Both the position numbers and the translations under genes were made by a program. The notes under the pieces are model-generated. The model was not told the DNA's origin and searched no databases. It saw nothing but the letters and a program-made list of their open reading frames with translations. A stretch of 64,000 nt of DNA, from the NCBI GenBank assembly GCA_945876745.1, contig CAMCPL010000008.1, positions 8,757 through 72,756 on the forward strand, written 5' to 3'. The DNA is from an uncultured Clostridia bacterium. GTDB taxonomy: Bacteria; Bacillota; Clostridia; Oscillospirales; Acutalibacteraceae. Shown here one piece after another: positions 26,679-35,700 of the stretch; the stretch's first letter is position 1; every line of letters starts with the position of its first letter.

Positions 26679-27665
26679 TCACTCGCCTTTGCCGTTTTGA
26701 TAGTTGATCTGTTCGGTTTTGATTACATCATATCTAATCAGCTCTGCGCTGTCCAAGTCCTCCTTGTGCATATCAACCGCCGAAATTTGATGGTTGTCGT
26801 AGGTTGTGTAGTAATAAATACCCTTTGCCGTGTTACAGCAGGAGGTATAAATAGTTATTTCGAGCTTGTCGCCGTTGACGTAATCACAGCCTCGCTGTTG
26901 GTCAACCGAGCCTAAAATGTGGAAAAATTGGTTCACGCTTTCGTTTTCACCGTCGCCCGATACGCTGTTCATTTTTACAAATGCAACACGTACAAATCTT
27001 GATTGCGACGACAAATCACCGGGTAATCCGAGCGCGCCCATTCCACGGCTGTACATATTTAAGCCCAGCTTGTCGCTGAATTTGTTTTCGGGGTCGCGCG
27101 GTGAAAGCCCGATGTAGTTGTTGAGGTTGAACATCTGCTTGTCAAACGGTGGATTGTTCGTCAGTACACCGACAGGATTGTCCCAAATTTTCAGTCCGTC
27201 TTCCATTGCTTCGACCGTTATTGCTTCGTCTTTGTCGGCGATTATCCAATGAAGCTGCGCCGCCGGAAGCCCCGACTTGAACTGCTGCTTTGTGATATTG
27301 ATGCGCTCAAGTCTTTGTCTTGCCTGTGCAACGCTGTCGCATTGTGCCAAAATCCACAGTATCAGCTCAAATTGCGCAACGTTTTCCCTGCCGTCGATAT
27401 CGTCGTTGTAGCACGCATTTCCGACAAAATTCAGCCCTGCCATTGCAAGACCTTTTTCATTAGCTGCGTCATAATACAACGGAAAATCGTCCATAACGCA
27501 CGCCATTCCGATTATTGCATTGTGCTCCTTGAGTTCAACGCCGTTGCGAAATGTAATAGGAAATTGCCTCGGCGTAATCACAACCTCGTCTCCGTATGAT
27601 ATCTCGTAATCAAGCGTTCTGCCAAAATAAAAATCCTTTGTTTTGTATGTTGCCGCCGTGCACAT
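26679..27665 (-). CDS. bsh: Choloylglycine hydrolase (bile salt hydrolase, Ntn hydrolase)
   Basis: MCT N-terminal Cys nucleophile; GRTLD; NEKGL; VLTNNP; GLPGD.SS.SRF; start revised to 27665. Confidence 0.9.
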   Translation of the reverse strand: MCTAATYKTKDFYFGRTLDYEISYGDEVVITPRQFPITFRNGVELKEHNAIIGMACVMDDFPLYYDAANEKGLAMAGLNFVGNACYNDDIDGRENVAQFELILWILAQCDSVAQARQRLERINITKQQFKSGLPAAQLHWIIADKDEAITVEAMEDGLKIWDNPVGVLTNNPPFDKQMFNLNNYIGLSPRDPENKFSDKLGLNMYSRGMGALGLPGDLSSQSRFVRVAFVKMNSVSGDGENESVNQFFHILGSVDQQRGCDYVNGDKLEITIYTSCCNTAKGIYYYTTYDNHQISAVDMHKEDLDSAELIRYDVIKTEQINYQNGKGE

Positions 27666-27725
27666 ACTTTCATCTCCCAATATACAATGTATATAATTAT
27701 TATATCCCGTGGAATCTGTTTTGAA

Positions 27726-28232
27726 TTACTTATTGATTAATATTTTTTCGATTGCGCCGTAGTAGATAAAATGGAAATCGTTTGCAGGGTACCATTTTTC
27801 GGCTATTGATGAGTCGATAAACTGCTGTGGCTCAAAGCTGCCCTTTGCGGTTTTGCGGCAAATAATAACAAGCCTTGCCTGCTCAAAGTAAGGCGCCTTT
27901 TCGTCAAACGCCGGCGTTATACCGACCATAGCCGCCTTATCAACGTCTCTTCCGCTTTTTGAACCGCAGACGGAATGTATCTGCTGCTTCATTTCACTCG
28001 GAAAAACGCAGATTGTAAAATAATCGTTTGCGTTCATAAATTCCTCTGTATATCTCTGCGGACGGATATAAACTGTTGCGGTATCTTCGCCCCAAAGCTC
28101 GCCGAAAGCGCCCCATGAAACGGTCATGGTATTGTATTTTTCACTGCTTCCTGCCGTAACGAGCGCCCAATCGTTTTTGAGTGTTAAGGCAAGATTTTCA
28201 TTCAGCTCGCTGAATTTAATTTCTTCAAGCAT
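27726..28232 (-). CDS. Flavin reductase-like (flavoredoxin) protein
   Basis: ALVTAG....NTMTVSWG..G.LW; R.QRYT; GSKSGRD.DK; DFH..Y.G.I. Confidence 0.85.
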   Translation of the reverse strand: MLEEIKFSELNENLALTLKNDWALVTAGSSEKYNTMTVSWGAFGELWGEDTATVYIRPQRYTEEFMNANDYFTICVFPSEMKQQIHSVCGSKSGRDVDKAAMVGITPAFDEKAPYFEQARLVIICRKTAKGSFEPQQFIDSSIAEKWYPANDFHFIYYGAIEKILINK

Positions 28233-28271
28233 AATTTCACCTCTGTAAATTATATCGTTATATACTTAAAG

Positions 28272-29369
28272 TTATACATATTTTTCTATCGAAACAATAT
28301 CGCCCTTAAATTGACTTAAATTTCCGTAATTACCTCTGACGGATTTCGGAATTTTGCTTTTTTGAACGTAAAATTCGATAACGTCCTTGTTCCTTACGGC
28401 GTATTGATTTTTTGCGTCTGTGTGACGGTTTGATTTTTGGTCGCAAAGAATGACCTTGAAGCTCGTTCCGGTTGAAAGCTCAATTCTGTATTTCGTGCCG
28501 ATTTTTGAGCCGTAATACGAGCCGAGCGCAACGCAGTAGCAATCGTCAACCATTCTTATGCCCGTTTCCTCGTCGGTATAACATTCACTCGAATTGAGCA
28601 GCTTATACTGCGCCGTTGACCTTGCGGTTACCGCGGTGTAGTGAGCGTATGTCTTTGTTCTTCCCGAAACCGACGGAAGTCCCATTTTTACAGGAGTTGT
28701 AACACTCTGTACTTCGTTTTCATAAGCCTTGCCCGATGCGGTTTTAACAACGGATTTGTAAAAATAAGCTTTGCCCTCGTCAACCTCACGGTCGATATAT
28801 TCGCTGTCGGTAACGGTTGCAATATGCTTTAAGTTGTTTTCGTTTTCGCCCTTGTAAAGCTCAACGCTCGCGCCGCTTTCTATGTCGCTCAATTCAAATC
28901 TAACAAAATCCGCAGCCACGTCAACGATTTCAACCCCTGCAACAAGCTCGCCTGTTGTAAAGCCGATTGCTCCCAAATATCTGTTTGAGGGTGCAGTCGC
29001 AATAATAAATTTATACTGCGTGTTAGGTGTGAGATTTGTCATTTCAATGAAAGTGTTGTTTGTTACGGCGTATCTCTCCTGCTTGAGAGTGTCCTCGTTG
29101 TATCGTATTACGCTGTATGAGGCGCCGTCGCCGATATCATTCCAGCTTAATGTTGCGGTTTTTGCACCAATATTGCCGACCGATATTTCAAATTCGTCGG
29201 ACTGCTCATTCGGCATTGAATGAAGCGCCGAGCTTTCCGGCGTTGATTTTGCCGAGGCGTTTGTAGTATTTCTTAATGACGTGTTGTCGGCATAAACGGT
29301 TAGACTTGAGCCAAGCGCAAAAAGCACCGCCATAACAACGCTTATAAGCCTGATTTTCGTAAGTCGAAT
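28272..29369 (-). CDS. Secreted protein with fibronectin-III-like repeats and C-terminal putative 3D/DPBB-like peptidoglycan domain
   Basis: Signal-peptide-like N-terminus; Fn3-like A.LSW..Y..NLTPNTQY; C-terminal GIRMVD..YCVALGSYYG..IGT; start uncertain (ATG 29333 or ATT 29369). Confidence 0.65.
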   Translation of the reverse strand: MRLTKIRLISVVMAVLFALGSSLTVYADNTSLRNTTNASAKSTPESSALHSMPNEQSDEFEISVGNIGAKTATLSWNDIGDGASYSVIRYNEDTLKQERYAVTNNTFIEMTNLTPNTQYKFIIATAPSNRYLGAIGFTTGELVAGVEIVDVAADFVRFELSDIESGASVELYKGENENNLKHIATVTDSEYIDREVDEGKAYFYKSVVKTASGKAYENEVQSVTTPVKMGLPSVSGRTKTYAHYTAVTARSTAQYKLLNSSECYTDEETGIRMVDDCYCVALGSYYGSKIGTKYRIELSTGTSFKVILCDQKSNRHTDAKNQYAVRNKDVIEFYVQKSKIPKSVRGNYGNLSQFKGDIVSIEKYV

Positions 29370-29581
29370 AATAAAACCTCATTTCATTACGAATTTGTAA
29401 TTCTTGTTACCATTTTGTAACTATTTTATGTTATACCAGATTTTTTGCGATTTGTCAAATTTTTCCGTCATTTTTGTGCAATTTGACGATAATAAGGTAT
29501 TGATTATTGCGTCGAAAAATGCGATAATTAGTATAATTAGTGAAAAATCCGGTAAACGCCTTACAGAAAGCAGGTAGAAAA

Positions 29582-30364
29582 ATGTCCTATTCGTTAGTAG
29601 CAAAAATTCTTTTGATACCCTTTTTAGGAACCTCACTCGGCTCCGCTTGTGTTCTTTTTATGAAGAATCGGATGAGTGATAGAATACAAAAAATACTGAC
29701 AGGCTTCGCTTCGGGCGTTATGGTAGCCGCGGCAATATGGAGCTTAATTATTCCGTCAATAGAGCAGTCGGAGCATATGGGAAGCCTTGCGGCAATTCCG
29801 GCAGTAGTCGGCTTTTGCCTCGGTATGCTGTTTCTTCTTTTGCTTGATACGATAACACCGCATATGCACCTTAACAATACAAGTGAGGGTCCGAAATCAA
29901 GCCTTCAAAAAACAACGATGATGGTGCTTGCCGTTGTATTGCATAATATACCGGAGGGTATGGCGGTCGGCGTAATATGCGCAGGCTGGCTGTCGCAAAG
30001 CGCAAGCATTTCCCAAGCCGCCGCATTAACTCTCGCAATCGGTATTGCCATTCAAAACTTCCCTGAGGGAGCCATTATCTCTATGCCTCTTCGTTCAAAC
30101 GGCGTATCAAAAGGCAAGGCGTTGCTTTACGGCTTGGGCTCTGGTATAGTCGAGCCTATTGCCGGACTGATTACAATTCTGCTTTCGAGCCTTGTAATTC
30201 CGATACTTCCGTATCTTCTCAGCTTCGCCGCAGGCGCAATGATTTATGTCGTAGTTGAGGAGCTGATTCCCGAAATGTCACAGGGAAAGCACTCAAACGC
30301 TGCAACAATATTCTTTATGCTCGGCTTCAGCCTGATGCTGTTTTTAGACGTTACTCTCGGATAA
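29582..30364 (+). CDS. zupT: ZIP-family metal transporter
   Basis: GFASGVM.AA; LHNIPEGMAVG; IQNFPEG..IS.PL; FAAGAM.YVV.EELIPE; start revised. Confidence 0.9.
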   Translation: MSYSLVAKILLIPFLGTSLGSACVLFMKNRMSDRIQKILTGFASGVMVAAAIWSLIIPSIEQSEHMGSLAAIPAVVGFCLGMLFLLLLDTITPHMHLNNTSEGPKSSLQKTTMMVLAVVLHNIPEGMAVGVICAGWLSQSASISQAAALTLAIGIAIQNFPEGAIISMPLRSNGVSKGKALLYGLGSGIVEPIAGLITILLSSLVIPILPYLLSFAAGAMIYVVVEELIPEMSQGKHSNAATIFFMLGFSLMLFLDVTLG

Positions 30365-30384
30365 TCATATAAACATATAAATAT

Positions 30385-30426
30385 AAGCTCCTTAATGTCG
30401 TTTGACATAAAGGAGCTTTCTTTATT
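30385..30426. terminator. Bidirectional terminator between zupT and PI-PLC gene
   Basis: AAGCTCCTT / AAGGAGCTT stem with T tail. Confidence 0.65.
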
Positions 30427-30441
30427 TTATACTATTATATA

Positions 30442-33400
30442 CTATACAATTTGTGTGTCGACTACATTTATTTGGTTTGAATAAACGGTGTGCAAAATTC
30501 CGTCGGCGTCGGCGTAGGTCACATATCCTCTTGCCGCACAGCTATGCTTGGACGAAAATTCGTTTACATTAACCGTATAAATTCCGTCGTCGCTCACGGC
30601 GTCAAATCTCGATTCAACAGTCTTGTTGCTCAAAACCAAATTGTAATCGCTCGGATTAAACATACTCGGCTTTCCGAACATAAACGCAATTCCTATATCC
30701 TTTACATCACATCCCGACGGCAGACCGAGCGCCATGGTAAACGAGCCTTTTTTGTTTTCACCGTCATAGCGATAATACAGATTTGCCTTAGGCGTATTTC
30801 CGTCAGGCTCCGGAACGGTGGGCTGCTCGTAATCCGTCTTGTCGTAAATCGGATAAACATCAACATCCATACCGAACGACAAATTCATCAGCGCTGTGTT
30901 TTGGTCTATATCCCATCTGCCGTTTGTATAGCCGAGTCTGTACGGAACATCGGGCATATCAATGTTGAGCGAGGTCATACCGAGCCATTCACGCTGGTGC
31001 TTGTTTATTCTTAAGCATTCTTGTCCGCTTGAATTATAAAATGTCAGCGTTGAGGACTGCGTTTCGACAAATCTCGCTTGAAGCTTGATGTTTGAGGAAA
31101 CGGTAAATGTGTATGTCGTATCCTTTGAAAATACTCTCTTCGTAGTTGTTTCATACCAGCCGTCAAATCTGTAACCGCTGTCGGGCGTTGCGGTGAGTGT
31201 AACCTCGGTGCCGTAAAGCACGCTTCCCGCTTTGTCGCTTTGGACGTTGTACGAAACGTCGACAGTACCGTTTTCGGCTTCAACCGAAAATCCGAGATAG
31301 CCTGCGAGACTGTTCATAGCGGTGAGTATTTCCGTTACAGCCGCGTCGATATCGTTTTGAGAAAGCTCGCCCTGCTGAACCTGCGAAAATCTGTCGCATA
31401 CGCTCATAAGCGCCGCATAGCTTTCGGCTGAAAAATCCTTTTGATTGAGCCTGTCGGTATATTTGAGCGCCGCAGTAAGCGTGCTCATATCCGAAGCGTA
31501 GCCTGTTGCGTCCCATTCCTCGTAATATCCACAGTTGCAGTAGTGCATTGTACAGCCCTTTTGGTTAGGACCTGCTTCAACTACCTTGTCATAGAACGTG
31601 TGAGGATAGGACGAATACTGCGCATAATACTTGTTGTTTGCAAGCGAAAGACCTGTTGCGTTCGACCAGCTATCGAACAAATAGTGCTCATTCTCATTGG
31701 GTGCTTTTTCGGGGATGCCCTGACTGTACGCCGGCATATTTCCTGCGTAAGCGTAGTTTGTTTCGAGCACGGTGCCGTCGTCATTAATGAACTGATATTC
31801 AATTTTCGGTACGGTTATCATAATAACCTTTTCGTTGCCCGAATCAATCGTAACGCCGTAGCCGCTGTAATTCGCCTTGACGTAAAGCACGAGCGTATCA
31901 ACATATGTCGGCTTGTTGTCGCCGGCAAGATAATTTATGCTCAATGTGTTTCCCGAAATCGAAATACCCTTGTAGTTTGAGCTCAAAGTATATGAAGTAA
32001 TATTTCTGTCCCAAACAGTTCCGTATTGGTCGCACGCATAAGCCGTAAAGCTCTTTGTTATGTCCGCCTCGCCCTGCTTCGGAATAGTCATATTTTCATT
32101 GTCGGGATTATCGAAATGAACATATGTAGGCTTCGGAATTTTATTGTCGGGAACGTAGTAAATATCCGTTGAATCCGTGTTTGTGCTTTTATCAAAATTT
32201 TGAGTGAACAGATTTACCTCGTTTTTATTAGTATTCGCCGAAACGTAAAGCTCATATTTTACTGCAAGCCGATTGCCCGACGGGTAGGAATACGAGAATA
32301 CAAGCCTTGTCGGGAAGCCGTCGATTACTCCCGAAAAATCCCAGTTTCCGAGATAGCGCATATACTGAAAGCCGTTTGTTTCGCCGCTGTCACTTTGGAA
32401 AAGCAATACGGATTTTTCCGTGCCGGAGCCTCGGTTCGTTTTGTAATATAACCTCAATGAAACGCCGCTGAACGATTTTACCATAGCCGAATTATGCAAA
32501 TTCAGTCGGTAATAATATGTTCCCGCCGACTCGCTTGCCTGCGTTTTTGAAGCAAGGTCGTTGCATTGATAAACCTTTTTTGCCAAGCCCTCGGCGACAT
32601 AGTCAAAAATTACTATGCCGTAGCATTTGTTGTTCTTCGCTTCGTAAAGATAAAATGCGTCGTTCATATTGTTTGAGCACGCAACAACGCCGCTTGTACC
32701 TGCGCCCGTTGTTGAAAGGAAGTTCAAAAACCACTTTCTGTCCGGCTTCTCCTTGTCAAGCATCGGCTTTACGGCATTGCTCCATTTTGGCGAAGTGCCC
32801 ATACTATATCTGTCCTGAACCTCAAGCGAGGGATTTATTTCAACGCTTCCGCCGTCGCTTCCCTGGTCACCCCAACTCAAATTAAGACCTGCTCCGACCT
32901 GACTTATTCTGCTTGCAAGAACAATCTTTGAGCGTGCGTACTTCATTTGTGGGGTTGTCGTGCTGTAATACCACTTGTTCGGATTTTTGTATATCAAATC
33001 CCATATTGCGTTTGCGAGTGCCGACGCATTATTACCATCGTCCTCCTTAACGCTCATAATGATAGTTTCACTCGGATTACTGTCAAGAAACGCATAGCAC
33101 TCGTTTAGTACCTCATAAAGAGTGAGCGCACCGTTGTTGCCGTTCCAAACGTTAATTGTGGAATGAACTACTCTGATATTGTCCTTACAGCTTGTATCAT
33201 ATTCCAAACGCATATCAAGATAGCGAACGCCGATATTGAGCTGGTCGGTTATTGTAAGATTTTGGCACTTTGCCCAGGTGGTTGCGATAGAATCGACTAT
33301 TCTTGCACCGCTGTCGTGAGTTCCCGGAATTGATAAATCCGAAAGATACACGTCGTCCCTGACGCCACTCATCCAGTTTGCGCCTGTAAGACCTGAGCCG

Positions 33401-33498
33401 AGCGTTGAATTAGTTGTGTACGAAAAGCCCTGAATCGGACAAAGCATAAAGGTCAGGCACAGAATTACGGCTAACACCGCTGAAATTCTTTTTTTCAA
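30442..33498 (-). CDS. Large secreted modular phosphatidylinositol-specific phospholipase C
   Basis: TTG start after AGGAAAGGGG with signal peptide KKRISAVLAVIL..; NWM..LS.LSIPGTHDSGA, QL..GVRYLD.R, VVH; later FIVAR-like and B-repeat-like (VTLTATPDSGYRFDGWY) modules; ~1018 aa. Confidence 0.8.
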   Translation of the reverse strand: MKKRISAVLAVILCLTFMLCPIQGFSYTTNSTLGSGLTGANWMSGVRDDVYLSDLSIPGTHDSGARIVDSIATTWAKCQNLTITDQLNIGVRYLDMRLEYDTSCKDNIRVVHSTINVWNGNNGALTLYEVLNECYAFLDSNPSETIIMSVKEDDGNNASALANAIWDLIYKNPNKWYYSTTTPQMKYARSKIVLASRISQVGAGLNLSWGDQGSDGGSVEINPSLEVQDRYSMGTSPKWSNAVKPMLDKEKPDRKWFLNFLSTTGAGTSGVVACSNNMNDAFYLYEAKNNKCYGIVIFDYVAEGLAKKVYQCNDLASKTQASESAGTYYYRLNLHNSAMVKSFSGVSLRLYYKTNRGSGTEKSVLLFQSDSGETNGFQYMRYLGNWDFSGVIDGFPTRLVFSYSYPSGNRLAVKYELYVSANTNKNEVNLFTQNFDKSTNTDSTDIYYVPDNKIPKPTYVHFDNPDNENMTIPKQGEADITKSFTAYACDQYGTVWDRNITSYTLSSNYKGISISGNTLSINYLAGDNKPTYVDTLVLYVKANYSGYGVTIDSGNEKVIMITVPKIEYQFINDDGTVLETNYAYAGNMPAYSQGIPEKAPNENEHYLFDSWSNATGLSLANNKYYAQYSSYPHTFYDKVVEAGPNQKGCTMHYCNCGYYEEWDATGYASDMSTLTAALKYTDRLNQKDFSAESYAALMSVCDRFSQVQQGELSQNDIDAAVTEILTAMNSLAGYLGFSVEAENGTVDVSYNVQSDKAGSVLYGTEVTLTATPDSGYRFDGWYETTTKRVFSKDTTYTFTVSSNIKLQARFVETQSSTLTFYNSSGQECLRINKHQREWLGMTSLNIDMPDVPYRLGYTNGRWDIDQNTALMNLSFGMDVDVYPIYDKTDYEQPTVPEPDGNTPKANLYYRYDGENKKGSFTMALGLPSGCDVKDIGIAFMFGKPSMFNPSDYNLVLSNKTVESRFDAVSDDGIYTVNVNEFSSKHSCAARGYVTYADADGILHTVYSNQINVVDTQIV

Positions 33499-33623
33499 AA
33501 TATCAAACCCCTTTCCTGTAAAAATCCGTTTTCGTTTCTGTTTTATTATTATATTATATTTTTGTGTTGCAGTCAATTTTTTGAAGCGCTTACTGCCAAA
33601 CTTTAACAAAAGCAAAACAACTT

Positions 33624-35558
33624 TTATACATATCGAAAATATACTGTCATTTCCGTTTCGCCTCTGTTCGACCATAGCCTGTACGGAATAAAGGTCATAG
33701 TGCAGGGCGTTTTTGCCGCTTGAGAATATTGGGCGTAAAGAGCGTCGTCCGCCTGCTCACGGTAGCCTCTTGCCTTGATTTCTTTCATTGGTGAATTGCA
33801 GTCGATTTCAAAATCCGTTTTTGTATCTAATTTCAAAAGCTGTAAATTGTCGCCGTTGTCAACTGCCTCAAGGCAATAAACGCTCGGTCCGTAGCAAAGC
33901 GCTAATTTATCGGTGTTTTCACGAACAAGATTCGAGCATTTAACCAATCTCGGCTTTAACTCAAAACCAAGTGTAATCACGCATTTTTCGGTTATTTCAA
34001 TATGAGCATAGCCTTCTTTAATTTCTGCATTTGCGCTGATTTTACAGCTGTCGCACCACGAGGGAACACGAAGCGCAAGAGTGAACGGTCTTTGACAGTC
34101 GGCGGAAATCTCGACGTGTCCGTTTTCGGTGTACTGCGATTTAATCTCAAGATGTCCGAATTTTGTCTGAACGCTTGAGCCGATATACTGATGAACAAAA
34201 AAAGTTTCGTCGTTTTCCGTGTAGCAATATTCGCCGAGCGAGCCGATAAGCCTTGCGAGATTGGGCGGACAGCACGCACAGCCGAACCATTTTTGGCGAG
34301 TTGTTTTTATATGGCGCTTCCTACTGTCCTCTCTGCTTGCTTCGGGCAAGACCTCAAGCGGATTGACGTAAAAGAATCTGTCGCCGTCAATGTTCATACC
34401 GCTTAAAACGGTGTTGTAAAGCGCTCTTTCCACCGTGTCGGCAATCTGCGCATCTGCTTTGATTTCAAGCATTCTTCTTGCAAAAAATATCAGTCCTATC
34501 GAAGCGCAGGTTTCGCAGTACGCAAGGTCGTTGGGCAAATCGTAGTTAAACGAAAATGCCTCACCGTCTACTGTTGAGCCTATTCCGCCGGTGATATACA
34601 TCTTTTTTTGAGTGATGCTTTCCCAGATATTTACGCACGCTTCATACAGCGTTTCGTCCTTCGCAAGTCGTGCCAAATCCGCCATTGCGCTGTAAAGATA
34701 AACGCCTCTTACCGCATGACCGACCGCTTCATTTTGCTCTCTTACAGGCAGATGAGCCTGATTATACTTGTAGCCTGAGCCGTCGGTTGTAACGCCTCTT
34801 TCGGTATCGAAATAAAACGGCTTCGTACCTCGTCTGTCGACAAAAAGCTGTGCGGCTTTGAGATATTTTTCGTCGTTTGTCAGCTCGTAAAGCTTAATCA
34901 TTCCAAGCTCTGCAATCTCGTGACCGCCGTAGCCGGGATTACCGTTTTCGCCGAACACCTCGCATATCAAATCGGCAAATTTCATTGCCGCACAAAGCAG
35001 TCTTTTGTTCCCCGTTGCTTGATAAAAAGCAACGCCTGCCTCGGCAAGATGACCGAAGCAGTAAAGCTCGTGAAAATCCCGCAGATTGCTAAACGCCTTA
35101 TCTCTGTCGTTGATTATATAAAGCGTATCGAGGTAACCGTTTTCCATTTGCGCACTGCAGATAATGTCGATTAGATCACAGCTTTTTTCGTACAGCTCGC
35201 TGTCATATTTTCTTTGCAGAGAATACGAGGCGGCTTCGAGCCATTTATATGCGTCGCTGTCCTGAAAAACCCAGCCGTGGAAAGCGTTTTCGTCACAGTT
35301 GTTCTCGTCGTAGCACCATTTGTCGGCAGGGTAAACAGGTACTTTTTCGCCGTTTTTCAGACGCTTGACTATCTCCGACGCCTTTTTGAAATTCTCAACG
35401 CAATAGCTTTTTTCGGCGTTTTCGATTCTGTCGTTGAGCGCTTCGTACTGGTACGGAATAACCTTGTCTGTAACCGTTTTTTGAACGTTCGACCAAAAGC
35501 CGTCGTCAATTACGGTGTTGTTTAATTCGATATGATGTGAAAAATTTTTCGTCTCCAT
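33624..35558 (-). CDS. Glycoside hydrolase family 127 (beta-L-arabinofuranosidase-like)
   Basis: FQDSD.YKWLEA; HELYC.GHL.EA; GHAVR..YLY; YCETCASIG; WFGCACCPPN; start revised to 35558. Confidence 0.92.
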   Translation of the reverse strand: METKNFSHHIELNNTVIDDGFWSNVQKTVTDKVIPYQYEALNDRIENAEKSYCVENFKKASEIVKRLKNGEKVPVYPADKWCYDENNCDENAFHGWVFQDSDAYKWLEAASYSLQRKYDSELYEKSCDLIDIICSAQMENGYLDTLYIINDRDKAFSNLRDFHELYCFGHLAEAGVAFYQATGNKRLLCAAMKFADLICEVFGENGNPGYGGHEIAELGMIKLYELTNDEKYLKAAQLFVDRRGTKPFYFDTERGVTTDGSGYKYNQAHLPVREQNEAVGHAVRGVYLYSAMADLARLAKDETLYEACVNIWESITQKKMYITGGIGSTVDGEAFSFNYDLPNDLAYCETCASIGLIFFARRMLEIKADAQIADTVERALYNTVLSGMNIDGDRFFYVNPLEVLPEASREDSRKRHIKTTRQKWFGCACCPPNLARLIGSLGEYCYTENDETFFVHQYIGSSVQTKFGHLEIKSQYTENGHVEISADCQRPFTLALRVPSWCDSCKISANAEIKEGYAHIEITEKCVITLGFELKPRLVKCSNLVRENTDKLALCYGPSVYCLEAVDNGDNLQLLKLDTKTDFEIDCNSPMKEIKARGYREQADDALYAQYSQAAKTPCTMTFIPYRLWSNRGETEMTVYFRYV

Positions 35559-35700
35559 AATAATCACCGAAATAATTATAAAGCATTTTCCGAAATATCG
35601 CAATATGTTTATAAATTGTTAACGAATTTGCAATTGACATTAATCATTTATGTTGATATTATATATAATGATATAGTATACAGTAACTTGGAGTGAAAAT

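Noticed and set aside
33499-33675. 59-aa N-terminal extension of the PI-PLC ORF in the track
   Set aside because: Overlaps the GH127 3' end; the RBS and signal peptide point to the TTG at 33498
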